64,000 nucleotides of DNA from an uncultured Bacilli bacterium. Lineage in GTDB: Bacteria > Bacillota_I > Bacilli_A > RF39 > UBA660. The translations under genes and the position numbers were made by a program. The notes under the pieces were generated by a model. That model ran no database searches, was not told the DNA's origin, and saw only the letters and a program-made list of their open reading frames with translations. Below, in pieces: positions 1 to 10,403 of this stretch. Position 1 is the stretch's first letter. Each line of letters begins with the position of its first letter. Location: contig CAKOOV010000002.1 in assembly GCA_934098435.1 (NCBI GenBank), positions 22,680 through 86,679 on the forward strand. Direction: 5' to 3'.

Positions 1-106
1 CATCTACAACACTAAAATAATAATCCCCCTTTTCTCCATCCCAAATACTTCTAATTTCTTTCCCTTCAAATAAATTTGAAATTGTACTTAATCTATTTTC
101 TTTCAT
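1..106 (-). CDS. 5' fragment of a gene running off the left edge; N-terminus MKENRLSTISNLFEGKEIRSIWDGEKGDYYFSVVD resembles Bro-N/KilA-N (ORF6N)-type antirepressor-like DNA-binding domains
   Basis: ATG at 106..104 with GGAGG RBS 6 nt upstream; reading frame open to the window edge; motif FEGKEIR...W...YYFSVVDV recalled from Bro-N family proteins. Confidence 0.4.
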   Translation of the reverse strand, partial: MKENRLSTISNLFEGKEIRSIWDGEKGDYYFSVVD

Positions 107-243
107 CTAAAACCTCCTTTTTTTTCGTACAAAAACAATAATTATATATAACCTCGCCACCCTTGCATAAAATGTTATCATTTTATTTTTACAATGTCAA
201 TACATTTTAGTACATATGTTCGCTATAAAAGTTAATTTTTTAT

Positions 244-274
244 AAAAAGAAAAAAAGCAAGAATTACTTGCTTA
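244..274 (-). terminator. rho-independent terminator of the lipoprotein gene
   Basis: Minus-strand RNA AGCAAG-UAAUU-CUUGCU hairpin overlapping the stop codon, followed by a U-run. Confidence 0.6.
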
Positions 275-1409
275 CTGGAAGTACTGATATACTTCTTGCT
301 ATATTTAACAATTCACTTTTAGATAACTTATCACTTACAACATAATATTCAATATTATTATCAATCCAATTAACCGAATTATCATTTACTATTGCTACCG
401 TAGAAGCCATAACCTCAAGTTCACCATAAGTTGGTACTATCAAATGCTCTTTTTCATAAGTAACAGTCTCTTCTATTAACATAAAAGGATTATCTCCATC
501 AAAAGTTAATATAAGTCTCTCACCATCATCCTTGCTTACCTTCTCTTTATTAGATAAATATGTATTAGTAGGTATATACATTGGATAAATCACATCATCA
601 ATAGAACTAGTTTGCTTAGTCTCACTACTTTTCTTATCTTCGTTCTTATTTTCAGTAGTATTCTTATTCTCATTTACATTAGTATTATTATTTTCAGTAG
701 TACTATTATCTTCTACTTTATTATCAGTAGTATTCTTATTATCATTAGTATTATTATCACTATTTGCATTATTATCTTCTTTAATATCAATTATTTGCTT
801 TAATTCAAAATGATTATCATTAAACTTACTATTTAAATCTATCTTATTAAACTTCATAGTAATTTGAGCGGTATCATTATTATCAAATACAGTTACCTTT
901 TTAATATTATTATTCTTATCTAATAAAATTTCTTGTTTTACCAATTTAGAATTATTAGGATAATTAGCACTAACAATAATCTTAGAACCATCATCAATCT
1001 TTTCAAATTTTCTATTTGCATCATTAGTAATATCATCTAATAAAGGTCCTAATAAATACACTTGTGAATTATTATATGGCCAATCACTTTGAAATTTAAA
1101 ACTCTTATTAATTCTAGGAGTAATAACATATACACCATCAGAATTACGTAAAATAATTTGTTCATGATTATTAACTGTATTTACCAAACTAACTTTATAA
1201 TTATCTTTTTCTTTATATGATACATTAACATTATAAGTATATACATCTTCATTATTAACAATTTCCAATGTTCCATCAACATAATAAGACTTAGAATCAT
1301 TAATTTTTTTAGTTAAATCCTTAATAACATCACTTTCACTATTTTTACCACAACCACTAATAACAAATACACCAATTATCATTATAAAAAACAATAACTT
1401 TTTTTTCAT
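264..1409 (-). CDS. lipoprotein with an N/D/T-rich linker; C-terminal domain resembles LolA-like DUF4367
   Basis: Signal peptide with lipobox (VISGC); low-complexity NT-rich spacer; 381 aa ORF. Confidence 0.6.
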   Translation of the reverse strand: MKKKLLFFIMIIGVFVISGCGKNSESDVIKDLTKKINDSKSYYVDGTLEIVNNEDVYTYNVNVSYKEKDNYKVSLVNTVNNHEQIILRNSDGVYVITPRINKSFKFQSDWPYNNSQVYLLGPLLDDITNDANRKFEKIDDGSKIIVSANYPNNSKLVKQEILLDKNNNIKKVTVFDNNDTAQITMKFNKIDLNSKFNDNHFELKQIIDIKEDNNANSDNNTNDNKNTTDNKVEDNSTTENNNTNVNENKNTTENKNEDKKSSETKQTSSIDDVIYPMYIPTNTYLSNKEKVSKDDGERLILTFDGDNPFMLIEETVTYEKEHLIVPTYGELEVMASTVAIVNDNSVNWIDNNIEYYVVSDKLSKSELLNIARSISVLPVSK

Positions 1410-1517
1410 TCTTCACCTTCCTTATTCTTTCTCTAAATTATATTAAATAAAATTTCTTATATGATGAATAATTTATAATTTTCTGCAGAAAATATTATAA
1501 AAAGGAGGATATTATTA

Positions 1518-1712
1518 ATGAACACATTATATAAAATAGCTCTAGTTATCAGTATAATAGGATGTATAAACTGGGGTTTAGTAGGTATTTTCAATTTCAA
1601 TCTAGTAGAATACCTTTTCGGAGACGAAAGTATGTTAACAAGAATAGTATATATTCTAGTACTACTTTCAGGTTTAATTAATATAGGTATATTTACCAAA
1701 AATCTAGATTAA
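1518..1712 (+). CDS. DUF378 family small membrane protein
   Basis: 64 aa; IGCINWGLVGIFNFNLV motif typical of DUF378; AAAGGAGG RBS. Confidence 0.75.
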   Translation: MNTLYKIALVISIIGCINWGLVGIFNFNLVEYLFGDESMLTRIVYILVLLSGLINIGIFTKNLD

Positions 1713-1829
1713 TAGGTCATGTATAGTGATCTATTTTTAATTTTATAACAAATGTCAATTTTCCAATCTTTTATCAATTATGTAGATTTTTTTACTTATT
1801 TATAGTATAATTTATATGGGAGGTATCCC

Positions 1830-2375
1830 ATGAGTTATAAAATTAACTTTAATAGTACTTACGCTAATAGAGGTATGGGACTTGAAAACGATATCAACGA
1901 AACAAATAAATATTACATAACTTATGATATTGCTCTTATCTATAAAAAGCCAACCCCTATTAGAATAACAAAAACCAATTATAAGGATATGCGTATTACT
2001 GATGGATTCTTTGAAACCCAATCAACATTAGATTACAACGGTGTATATAAAGGTTATTATATCGAATTTGATGCCAAAGAAACAAATAATAAAACCAGTT
2101 TCCCTATAAATAATATTCATCAGCATCAATTAGCTTATATTAGAAAAGTAATAAAGCATAAAGGAATCGTCTTTTTAATAGTTAGATTCAATAATCTACA
2201 TAAAGATTTCATTATTCCAGGCAATAATCTAATAAATTATATAGACAATAATGATAGAAAATCAATTCCTCTTGATTACTTTGAAAATAATTGCTATAAA
2301 TTAGATATCAAATATGCTCCAAGACTAGATTACATTAAAATAGTTGATAAATTAATTGAGGACATAAACAAATGA
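1830..2375 (+). CDS. recU: Holliday junction resolvase RecU
   Basis: YANRGMGLENDINETNKYY...HKKPTPI motif; conserved recU-ponA synteny; ATGA overlap with ponA. Confidence 0.9.
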   Translation: MSYKINFNSTYANRGMGLENDINETNKYYITYDIALIYKKPTPIRITKTNYKDMRITDGFFETQSTLDYNGVYKGYYIEFDAKETNNKTSFPINNIHQHQLAYIRKVIKHKGIVFLIVRFNNLHKDFIIPGNNLINYIDNNDRKSIPLDYFENNCYKLDIKYAPRLDYIKIVDKLIEDINK

Positions 2376-5300
2376 CACCAATAATAATTATTATGTATAT
2401 AACTATAACAGTATTAAGTATCATTACATTTGGTATAAAAGGTTCATTAGTACTATTAATTATCTCACCATTACTAATTGTATATCTCAATTTAAATAGT
2501 ATAAATATAAAAAAGAAGAATATTGAAAAAAGAAATTTTAGAGAAAGAAAGGAAGTTGAATTTGTGAGTTCTAGAGATAGAAAAAAAGCTATTTCTGATG
2601 GTACAAAGAAAAAAGTACCTAAGAAAAAAACTACTACAAAAAGCAATAATAGTAGTAGAAAGAAAGAAAATAATAAAACTGAAAGAAAAAACAACACAAT
2701 AGGAAAAGAAAAATTTAAAGATAAAAGTATAGGAAGGAAAATCTTAATTATCATTTTAGGTTTTGCTATATTCTGTATTTTTGCAGCGGCCCTATTTATG
2801 CTATATATTGTTATAAGTACAGGTTCATTTGATCCTGAAGCCTTAAAAAATCAAGATCAAACAGTAATATATGATAAAGACAATAACGTTATAGCCACTT
2901 TAGGAGCCCAAAAAAGAGAATCTATTACTTATGATGATTTACCTCAAGTACTAGTAGATGCCCTTATAGCAACTGAAGATTCAAGATTTTACCAACACAA
3001 TGGTGTTGATACAGCAAGATTTATAAAAGCAACACTTCTTAATCTTGTAGGTCGTGATGATGCAGGAGGAGCCTCTACTCTTACAATGCAAACAGTAAAA
3101 AATAATTTAACAAAAAAAGATAGTACTGAGACAAATAAAATAAAGAAAATAGTAAGAAAATTTCAAGATGTATATTTATCTGTATTCTTCTTAGAAAAAA
3201 AATATACTAAAGATGAGATATTAGAAATGTATGTTAATGACAGTTGCCTAGGTGGAACAGTTTATGGAGTTGAAGAAGCTAGTAAATATTACTTTAATAA
3301 AAAGGTTTCTGAATTAAGCTTACCAGAAGCAGCATTATTAGCAGGTATGTATCAAGCTCCTAATAGATATAACCCATATAAAAATCCTGAAGCTGCAACA
3401 AAAAGAAGAGATACCGTACTAACATTAATGGTCAGACATGGATATATAACAGAAGAAGAAAAGAAAATGGCCGAAGACGTTAGTGTTGAAAGTATGTTAG
3501 CAGGTGGAGGAACACAAAGTGATTATCAAGGATACATAGATACAGTTATCGAAGAAGTAGAAAATAAAACAGGTAATAATCCAGCACAAGTATCAATGAA
3601 AATATATACCGCTATGGATAGAACAGTTCAAGACGGTATCAACAAAGTACTTAGTGGTGAAGACCATACTTGGGCTGATGATACAGTACAAGCAGGTGTT
3701 GCAGTTACTAATGTTAACGATGGTACCATTGTAGCCATAGGAGCAGGTCGTAATCGTAATGCTGGAGATTGGAATTACGCAACACAATCACGTAGACAAC
3801 CAGGAAGTACTGCTAAACCTTTATTTGATTATGGTCCTGGAATGGAATATAACGATTTCTCTACATATACCCTATTCAATGACGAACCATGGACTTATAC
3901 TAATGGTCCAGAAATAGGAAACTGGGATGGTAGTTATCAAGGATTAATTACACTAAGACAAGCACTTAGTGTATCAAGAAATATACCAGCTCTTAAAGCT
4001 TTCCAACAAGTAGATAAAAAGAATATTGTTACTTTTGTTAATAATCTAGGATTAGATGTTGCTTATAGTACAAAATCAGAAAACTATAAAAAAGATGAAA
4101 AAACCGGAGCAGATAACGTTATCAATGAAGCCTACTCCATAGGAGGTATGTCATATGGTGTTACACCACTAGACATGGCCGAAGCATATGCATCATTTGC
4201 TAATGGAGGATATCATATTGAAACCCATGCTGTAACAAAAATAGAATATAGAAGTACCGGAGAAACAGTAGATTTCACTGAAGAGAAGAAAAAAGTTATG
4301 TCAGATTCAACAGCATATCTTATGAACAACGTATTAAAATACGCTGTTGATTATGGATTCAATGGTGGAGCTAAAGTAGCCGGATCTACAGTAGCAGCCA
4401 AAACAGGAACATCAAACTTATCAGAAGCCACAACAAAAGCCCTAGGAATTCCTAGTAGTGCTGTTAACGACTTATGGACTGTTGCCTACACACCAGAATA
4501 CTCAGTAGCATTATGGTATGGATATGAAAAAGTCGATAGTAGTCACTATCTAAGTGGTGCTAGTGCTCCAAAGGATGCCGTTATGCGTTCAGTAATGAAA
4601 TATATACCAAAAACAACAAAAGAATGGGAAATGCCTTCATCAGTAGTGGCTACCACAGTTGAAAAAGAAACATGGCCAGCACAACTACCAAGTGAATATA
4701 CACCAAGTGACATGGTTATAACCGAATACTTTAAAAAAGGAACACAACCTACTGAAGTATCACAAAGATACGCCAAACTAGATGAAGTAACTAACCTATC
4801 AAGCACTAAAGCATCAGAAGGATATAAACTAACATGGAGTTGGAAAGAACCAGATGTACTTAGCTCAACTTACCTAACAAAATATTTTAGTAACTCAGTA
4901 TTTGGAAAAAGCTCTGCTAATTACTTACAAGCAAGACTAAACTATAATAGTAGCACACTAGGAGGAAACGGATTTGGCATATATGTAAAATCACATTCTG
5001 GTAACCTAGATAGAATTGCATTTACAGAAAAAACAGAATACATATACCACCCTACTACTAGTGGAAATATAGAAATAGTAGTAAAAGCCGAATATGGTAA
5101 TTTCAAAGCAAATGCTAGTAATGGTGTTTCAACAACAATTAATAGTACTGGTGGTAGTAGTTTAAATAGTGATAAATTAGAACTAACATTAAATGATAAT
5201 ACAACAAATTATAATAAAGGTTCTTTCAATGATTCAGGAATAAAAGTAACCTTTGAAGGCGAAGATGTAACAAATAGTTCACTAATAACATACAAACTAA

Positions 5301-5443
5301 ATGGAATTACTAAACTTACATCAAATGACTTAGAAGAAGCCATTAACAATCTAGAATCAGGAGAAGAAGCTACAATAACATATAGTGCTACATATAAATT
5401 AAAATATAAAAATAGTATTACAAAAACAATTAAAATAAAATAG
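2372..5443 (+). CDS. ponA: class A penicillin-binding protein 1A (transglycosylase/transpeptidase) with Lys-rich N-terminal tail and about 300 aa S/T/N-rich C-terminal extension
   Basis: GT51 motifs EDSRFYQHNGVD and GASTLTMQ; transpeptidase STAKP, SRN, KTGT motifs. Confidence 0.9.
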   Translation: MTPIIIIMYITITVLSIITFGIKGSLVLLIISPLLIVYLNLNSINIKKKNIEKRNFRERKEVEFVSSRDRKKAISDGTKKKVPKKKTTTKSNNSSRKKENNKTERKNNTIGKEKFKDKSIGRKILIIILGFAIFCIFAAALFMLYIVISTGSFDPEALKNQDQTVIYDKDNNVIATLGAQKRESITYDDLPQVLVDALIATEDSRFYQHNGVDTARFIKATLLNLVGRDDAGGASTLTMQTVKNNLTKKDSTETNKIKKIVRKFQDVYLSVFFLEKKYTKDEILEMYVNDSCLGGTVYGVEEASKYYFNKKVSELSLPEAALLAGMYQAPNRYNPYKNPEAATKRRDTVLTLMVRHGYITEEEKKMAEDVSVESMLAGGGTQSDYQGYIDTVIEEVENKTGNNPAQVSMKIYTAMDRTVQDGINKVLSGEDHTWADDTVQAGVAVTNVNDGTIVAIGAGRNRNAGDWNYATQSRRQPGSTAKPLFDYGPGMEYNDFSTYTLFNDEPWTYTNGPEIGNWDGSYQGLITLRQALSVSRNIPALKAFQQVDKKNIVTFVNNLGLDVAYSTKSENYKKDEKTGADNVINEAYSIGGMSYGVTPLDMAEAYASFANGGYHIETHAVTKIEYRSTGETVDFTEEKKKVMSDSTAYLMNNVLKYAVDYGFNGGAKVAGSTVAAKTGTSNLSEATTKALGIPSSAVNDLWTVAYTPEYSVALWYGYEKVDSSHYLSGASAPKDAVMRSVMKYIPKTTKEWEMPSSVVATTVEKETWPAQLPSEYTPSDMVITEYFKKGTQPTEVSQRYAKLDEVTNLSSTKASEGYKLTWSWKEPDVLSSTYLTKYFSNSVFGKSSANYLQARLNYNSSTLGGNGFGIYVKSHSGNLDRIAFTEKTEYIYHPTTSGNIEIVVKAEYGNFKANASNGVSTTINSTGGSSLNSDKLELTLNDNTTNYNKGSFNDSGIKVTFEGEDVTNSSLITYKLNGITKLTSNDLEEAINNLESGEEATITYSATYKLKYKNSITKTIKIK

Positions 5444-5468
5444 ACTTGCATGCAAGTCTATTTCTTTT
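5435..5468. terminator. bidirectional rho-independent terminator between convergent ponA and ltaS
   Basis: Perfect 20-nt palindrome TAGACTTGCA|TGCAAGTCTA flanked by an A-run and a T-run. Confidence 0.75.
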
Positions 5469-6945
5469 CTTTATCTTCATTCTTTCTAATATATTTATAA
5501 TAATAAGACGAATTCTTCTTAAGTTCACTATTAAGTTTATCAATTCCCATTTCTTCAGCTAAAGTTTTAGAATTAGAAAACAAATTAGTACCAATACCAA
5601 GTCTATTACCTTCAATATTTACACCCATAGCCCCAAGAGTAGTAGGAAACATATCCATAGTAGTAAACACCCTATTCTTATTTTTAACATCATTATCATT
5701 ATATACATTAATAAAAGTATTAAATACAGTTCTCTTATAACCATTATCTAATTTATAAAAATTATTCTGCATAGTAGGATGATCACCAGTAATAATAATA
5801 GTCGTATTATCATAAAAATCTTGTTCCTTAACCCATGATATAAAATCACTAACCATTTTATCAGAACAATAGAAAGAATTAGCATAATGATTATCAAATA
5901 CCTCTTCACACTCATCATCCAAATAACCATCAGCAAAATGAGTATCAGCAGTTAATAAAGTCAAATTAAAAGGCTCATCATCTTTAGATATCTCCATTAA
6001 CTTCTCTTTAGCATAAGTAAATAACTTCTTATCCTCATAACCCCACCATTTATAATAATCACTACTTATTTTTCCCTCTTTAATAGCAGTATAATAATCA
6101 CTTATCTCATAACCATGAGTACTAAAATAAGCTTTCCTACCACCAAATTCAGAATCAGAACCAATCATCAAATAATTATTATAACCATTATCTTTTAAAA
6201 TATCCCCTAAAGTAACAATATTACTAAATTTAGTACTATTACTATCATAGTCATCAACTTTCAACTTTAAAGGAACACCCGAAGTTTGTGCAATCATAGC
6301 AGCTACAGTCCAACTAGTACCATAAGACTCTTCAGCTCCACCAAGTAAATTACTATTAGAAAAATTCAAATTATTCAAAGCCAATTCTTCTAAATTAGGC
6401 ATAATAGAAACATCAAAAGTACCACCATTCATCTTACTAACATTAGAAGTTTCAGTAGATTCCATAAAAATATATATCAAATTTCTTTTTTTATTAGGAA
6501 ACTCTATCTTAACATCATCACCAGATACATAATAATCCTTAAATAAATCACTATTAAATAACCCATTAAAAGCAAAATCAAAAAAGCCAACATTTATTCC
6601 TAAACAAATTATAGATATCGCTAGAATTATCCTATTATATCTCTTAATATTTTTTATCGGTAATACTTGTTTTTCTTTCTTTTTATTATTTCTAATATAT
6701 AACTTCTTATCAAAATCAACTATAGGTAACATAAGAACCAATAATATTACTATATATACAAAAAAAGCAATAATATAACTAACAAACTTAACCGGTTGTC
6801 CACCCGCTCCAGAAATCTTAAGAACACTATACATATACTGATCAAAAGAAGAATTATATATATTAAGTTTCAAATAAAAAGCTAATAAAAATATTAACGA
6901 AGAAATAACCAACAAAATATTATTTCTTAATTTAAACTTCTTCAT
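5458..6945 (-). CDS. ltaS: lipoteichoic acid synthase family protein (sulfatase domain); likely start at MKKFKL with AGAGGTG RBS
   Basis: N-terminal TM helices plus extracellular sulfatase domain (YIFMESTE, GTSW, ITGDH motifs). Confidence 0.8.
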   Translation of the reverse strand: MKKFKLRNNILLVISSLIFLLAFYLKLNIYNSSFDQYMYSVLKISGAGGQPVKFVSYIIAFFVYIVILLVLMLPIVDFDKKLYIRNNKKKEKQVLPIKNIKRYNRIILAISIICLGINVGFFDFAFNGLFNSDLFKDYYVSGDDVKIEFPNKKRNLIYIFMESTETSNVSKMNGGTFDVSIMPNLEELALNNLNFSNSNLLGGAEESYGTSWTVAAMIAQTSGVPLKLKVDDYDSNSTKFSNIVTLGDILKDNGYNNYLMIGSDSEFGGRKAYFSTHGYEISDYYTAIKEGKISSDYYKWWGYEDKKLFTYAKEKLMEISKDDEPFNLTLLTADTHFADGYLDDECEEVFDNHYANSFYCSDKMVSDFISWVKEQDFYDNTTIIITGDHPTMQNNFYKLDNGYKRTVFNTFINVYNDNDVKNKNRVFTTMDMFPTTLGAMGVNIEGNRLGIGTNLFSNSKTLAEEMGIDKLNSELKKNSSYYYKYIRKNEDKEKK

Positions 6946-7008
6946 TTCACACCTCTTCTTAACCATTATACTATATATCAAACAAAAATAAAAGATAGAA
7001 AATAAATT

Positions 7009-8817
7009 CTATCTTAATACAAAATACTCATCATACCATTTCAAGAAACTATAAACAGCCCAAATACGCCTATAATTATCCTTTACCCTATTCTTATGTT
7101 CATCTAATATTCTTAATAAATAATCATTATTAAATAACTCTTTAGCAATATCCGTATTAAAAGTATTCTTAATCTCATTATAAAAATCATCTTCTCTAAT
7201 CCATTCCCTTATAGGTACAGGAAACCCAAGTTTTTTCTTCTTATAAGCATCATTAGGAATCACCCTTTTAGCGGCATTTCTTAAAGCAACCTTAGTAATA
7301 CCATCAGATACCTTATATTTTCTAGGCAACATCGAAGAAACCTTAAATACTTCCATATCAGTAAAAGGAACTCTAGATTCAATAGAATGAGCCATAGTCA
7401 TTTTATCTACTATAGTTAAAATATTATTACTAAGCCAATATCTAATATCAATAGCAAGCATCTTATCAAGCTTATTATAATCCTTATATTCTTCATATAT
7501 ATCTTTAGTTATATCCTTATTTTTAATATAATTATCACTATTCAATACATCCTTAAGTTCATCATCATAATAAGTCCTATTAATACTAACATAAGACTCC
7601 TCTAAAGACTTACCTCTTCTTATAATATATCTTGTAATCTTATTCTTAGGTAATACCTTACATATACCAGCAAAAGATTTCCTTAACCATAAAGGTAACT
7701 TAGTATAAAAATTATCATCATAACTATTATAACCACCAAAAAACTCATCAGCACCCTCACCAGATAAAACAACCTTAACATCACGACTAGCTAATCTAGA
7801 TAAAAAATAAACAGCAATAGCACAACCATCCGCAGTAGGTTCATCCATATGATAATAAACATCACTAATAGCTTTCATATATTCCTCTTTAGATATCTTT
7901 TCACTAATATTCTTAATATCTAATTTATCAGTCAAATCTTTAGCATAATCAATCTCACTATATTTAGCCAGATCAAAACCAATAGTATAAGTTTTATCAG
8001 GTCTAGCTAAACTAACCAAATAAGAAGAATCAACACCACTAGAAAGAAATGAACCAACCTCAACATCACTAATTAAATGATGCTTAGTAGAATCTTCCAT
8101 AACATCAGATATCTTATCTACCATTTCATCAAAACTATCCTTAGAAGAAGAAAAAGAAACCTTAAAATACCTATTAATCTTAATATCACCATTCTTAACA
8201 TTAATAGTCATATAATTACCCCCAGGTAATCTATAAACATTCCTAAAAAACGTCTCATCCGTAGGAGTAAAACTAAAAGTCAAATAAGGCCCCAATAATT
8301 CCCTATTAAGTTCCTTTATAAATTTAGGATGAGCCAAAAAACTCTTAATCTCAGATCCAAATAAAATAACATCATTATTCTTATAATAATATAAAGGCTT
8401 AATACCAAACTGATCTCTAGCAATAAAAACCTCATCCTTATTCTTATCATAAATAGCAAAAGCAAACATACCTCTAAGCCTATTAAGTACATCATATCCC
8501 CATTTTTCATAACCATGAAGTATTACCTCAGTATCAGTATTAGTAGTAAACTTATATTCCTTTAATTCATCTTTCAATTCTTTATAATTATATACCTCAC
8601 CATTATACATAATCAAAATACTCTTATCTTCATTATATATAGGTTGATCTCCACCCTTTATATCAATTATAGATAATCTTCTTTGTCCTAAAGCAACATA
8701 ATCATCTACATATACACCCTCAGCATCAGGCCCACGATGTATAATTCTATTATTCATTTCTTTAATTAATTTATCTTTATTTTTCTCTTTACTTATAATT
8801 CCATTAATTCCACACAT
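7009..8817 (-). CDS. asnB: asparagine synthetase (glutamine-hydrolysing)
   Basis: N-terminal MCGI nucleophile Cys; SGGVDSS PP-loop motif; 602 aa. Confidence 0.9.
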   Translation of the reverse strand: MCGINGIISKEKNKDKLIKEMNNRIIHRGPDAEGVYVDDYVALGQRRLSIIDIKGGDQPIYNEDKSILIMYNGEVYNYKELKDELKEYKFTTNTDTEVILHGYEKWGYDVLNRLRGMFAFAIYDKNKDEVFIARDQFGIKPLYYYKNNDVILFGSEIKSFLAHPKFIKELNRELLGPYLTFSFTPTDETFFRNVYRLPGGNYMTINVKNGDIKINRYFKVSFSSSKDSFDEMVDKISDVMEDSTKHHLISDVEVGSFLSSGVDSSYLVSLARPDKTYTIGFDLAKYSEIDYAKDLTDKLDIKNISEKISKEEYMKAISDVYYHMDEPTADGCAIAVYFLSRLASRDVKVVLSGEGADEFFGGYNSYDDNFYTKLPLWLRKSFAGICKVLPKNKITRYIIRRGKSLEESYVSINRTYYDDELKDVLNSDNYIKNKDITKDIYEEYKDYNKLDKMLAIDIRYWLSNNILTIVDKMTMAHSIESRVPFTDMEVFKVSSMLPRKYKVSDGITKVALRNAAKRVIPNDAYKKKKLGFPVPIREWIREDDFYNEIKNTFNTDIAKELFNNDYLLRILDEHKNRVKDNYRRIWAVYSFLKWYDEYFVLR

Positions 8818-8890
8818 ATTAATACCTCTCTTACATACTAGTATACCACAAAAGAAAAAAACTAAAAACCATTTTTAATTTCTTTACTTA

Positions 8891-9700
8891 TTATTTACAA
8901 AATCTATCTTTATAAGAACAATGTTTACATATATCTAAATAGACCTTATTACTATTAAAGCCTTTAATAGTATTTAAATATTTATCACTACCAAGAATAT
9001 CTTCCATATTATCAGTAAAAATATTACCAAGATTACTTTCACCTTCAGCATCTAAGCAACAAACACAAACAGTCCCTGAAGCAAGAATAGCAATCTGTTT
9101 TTTACCACCAAGACAAGTACCATTTTCATTATAATATTCATTATAAGTACTAGGCCAATCAAACTTACTATCCAAACTCAAATATACATTATCCTCAAGT
9201 TTCATCTTATCATATAACTCAAAGACATTATATTTATTCCTAATCATATCTAAATACTTATTATTTAAAGTATCCATACTTTTATCCAAAGTCCAAAATC
9301 TATAACTAACATAACAAGATAACCTATCAACACTATAAAAAATATCATCTATATAATTACTCTTATTATTCTCACTATGAAGAGATATATTAATCTGATA
9401 AATATTATCATACTTATTAAGTATATCTAATCTATCTCTAATAAACACCCCATTAGTAGTAATACATACCCTTTTATTATATTTCTTACAAATACCAAGA
9501 ATATCATCAAAATAATGATGTGTAAGAGGTTCTCCCTTAACATGAAGATATATATAATCAGTATAATCACATATCTTTCTCATAACAATTTCAAATTCAT
9601 CAGGAGACATTTCCCTTTTCTCACTTCTAGTAAGACTACAAAAAGAACAATTCAAATTACAAACATTAGTTATTTCTACATATATCCTTTTAAACTTCAT
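8891..9700 (-). CDS. radical SAM protein with MoaA-like core and a C-terminal Cys-rich (SPASM/twitch-like) region
   Basis: CNLNCSFC CxxxCxxC motif; GEPL motif; C-terminal CVCC...CKHCSY...C cluster. Confidence 0.75.
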   Translation of the reverse strand: MKFKRIYVEITNVCNLNCSFCSLTRSEKREMSPDEFEIVMRKICDYTDYIYLHVKGEPLTHHYFDDILGICKKYNKRVCITTNGVFIRDRLDILNKYDNIYQINISLHSENNKSNYIDDIFYSVDRLSCYVSYRFWTLDKSMDTLNNKYLDMIRNKYNVFELYDKMKLEDNVYLSLDSKFDWPSTYNEYYNENGTCLGGKKQIAILASGTVCVCCLDAEGESNLGNIFTDNMEDILGSDKYLNTIKGFNSNKVYLDICKHCSYKDRFCK

Positions 9701-9734
9701 ATCATATCATCCTTTACCCAAAACATTTATTTTA

Positions 9735-9786
9735 AGACTATCACTATAGGCTTAAAATAACACTCTAAGACCTAGACTTAGAGTGC
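9735..9786 (-). terminator. rho-independent terminator after nth
   Basis: Perfect 9-bp stem CACUCUAAG/CUUAGAGUG overlapping the nth stop, followed by a U-rich tract. Confidence 0.55.
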
Positions 9787-10403
9787 ATAGAATAATATTT
9801 ACATATATCTCTTAATTTACAATCATCACATATCGGATTAATAGCTTTACATTTATACCTACCAAAAAACACCAACTGATGATGTACCCTATTCCATTTA
9901 TCCTTAGGAATCCTCTTCATAAGCTTCTTTTCCACAGTAAGTACATCATCATTACCATTAGCAAGTCCAAGTCTTTTACTAACCCTATTAACATGCGTAT
10001 CCACCGCTATAGTAGGTTCATTATATATAACAGATAAAAAAACATTCACCGTCTTTCTACCCACTCCAGGAAGAGACTCCAAATAACCCCTATCATTAGG
10101 AATAGGAATCATATTATCCCTAATCAATCTATTAGCAATTTCTTTAATAAATACACTTTTCTTTTTATAAGTACCAATAGGCTTAATTATCATCTCAATA
10201 TCCTTAATATCAGCATTAGCAATATCATAAATAGACTTATACCTATCAAACAATATCCTATTAACCTCATTTACCCTTTTATCAGTAGTTTGAGCACTCA
10301 TTACAATAGCTAATAATAATTCATAATCTTTCTTATATTCAAGTTCACATCTAGGATTAGGAAACAATTCATCTAAATAATCAATAATCATATTAATCAT
10401 CAT
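9765..10403 (-). CDS. nth: endonuclease III (HhH-GPD DNA glycosylase with 4Fe-4S cluster)
   Basis: LPGVGRKT HhH motif; C-x6-C-x2-C-x5-C at the C-terminus; dnaD-nth synteny. Confidence 0.9.
   Translation of the reverse strand: MMINMIIDYLDELFPNPRCELEYKKDYELLLAIVMSAQTTDKRVNEVNRILFDRYKSIYDIANADIKDIEMIIKPIGTYKKKSVFIKEIANRLIRDNMIPIPNDRGYLESLPGVGRKTVNVFLSVIYNEPTIAVDTHVNRVSKRLGLANGNDDVLTVEKKLMKRIPKDKWNRVHHQLVFFGRYKCKAINPICDDCKLRDICKYYSMHSKSRS

Noticed and set aside
612-803. Short plus-strand ORF (63 aa, I/L/F-rich) inside the minus-strand lipoprotein gene. The same applies to 2335..2754, 28979..29317, 31650..32270, 40228..40410, 44311..44493, 46295..46561, 47703..47918, 55903..56244, 61217..61429, 62114..62311 and similar track entries.
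   Set aside because: These are antisense or alternative-frame ORFs fully embedded in well-supported genes. Their extreme hydrophobic low-complexity composition is typical of translating the opposite strand of AT-rich coding DNA.
8818-8890. Terminator between the radical SAM gene and asnB
   Set aside because: Only a weak AAAACCAUUUUU-like element was found. There is insufficient stem to call a terminator, so the genes may be co-transcribed.
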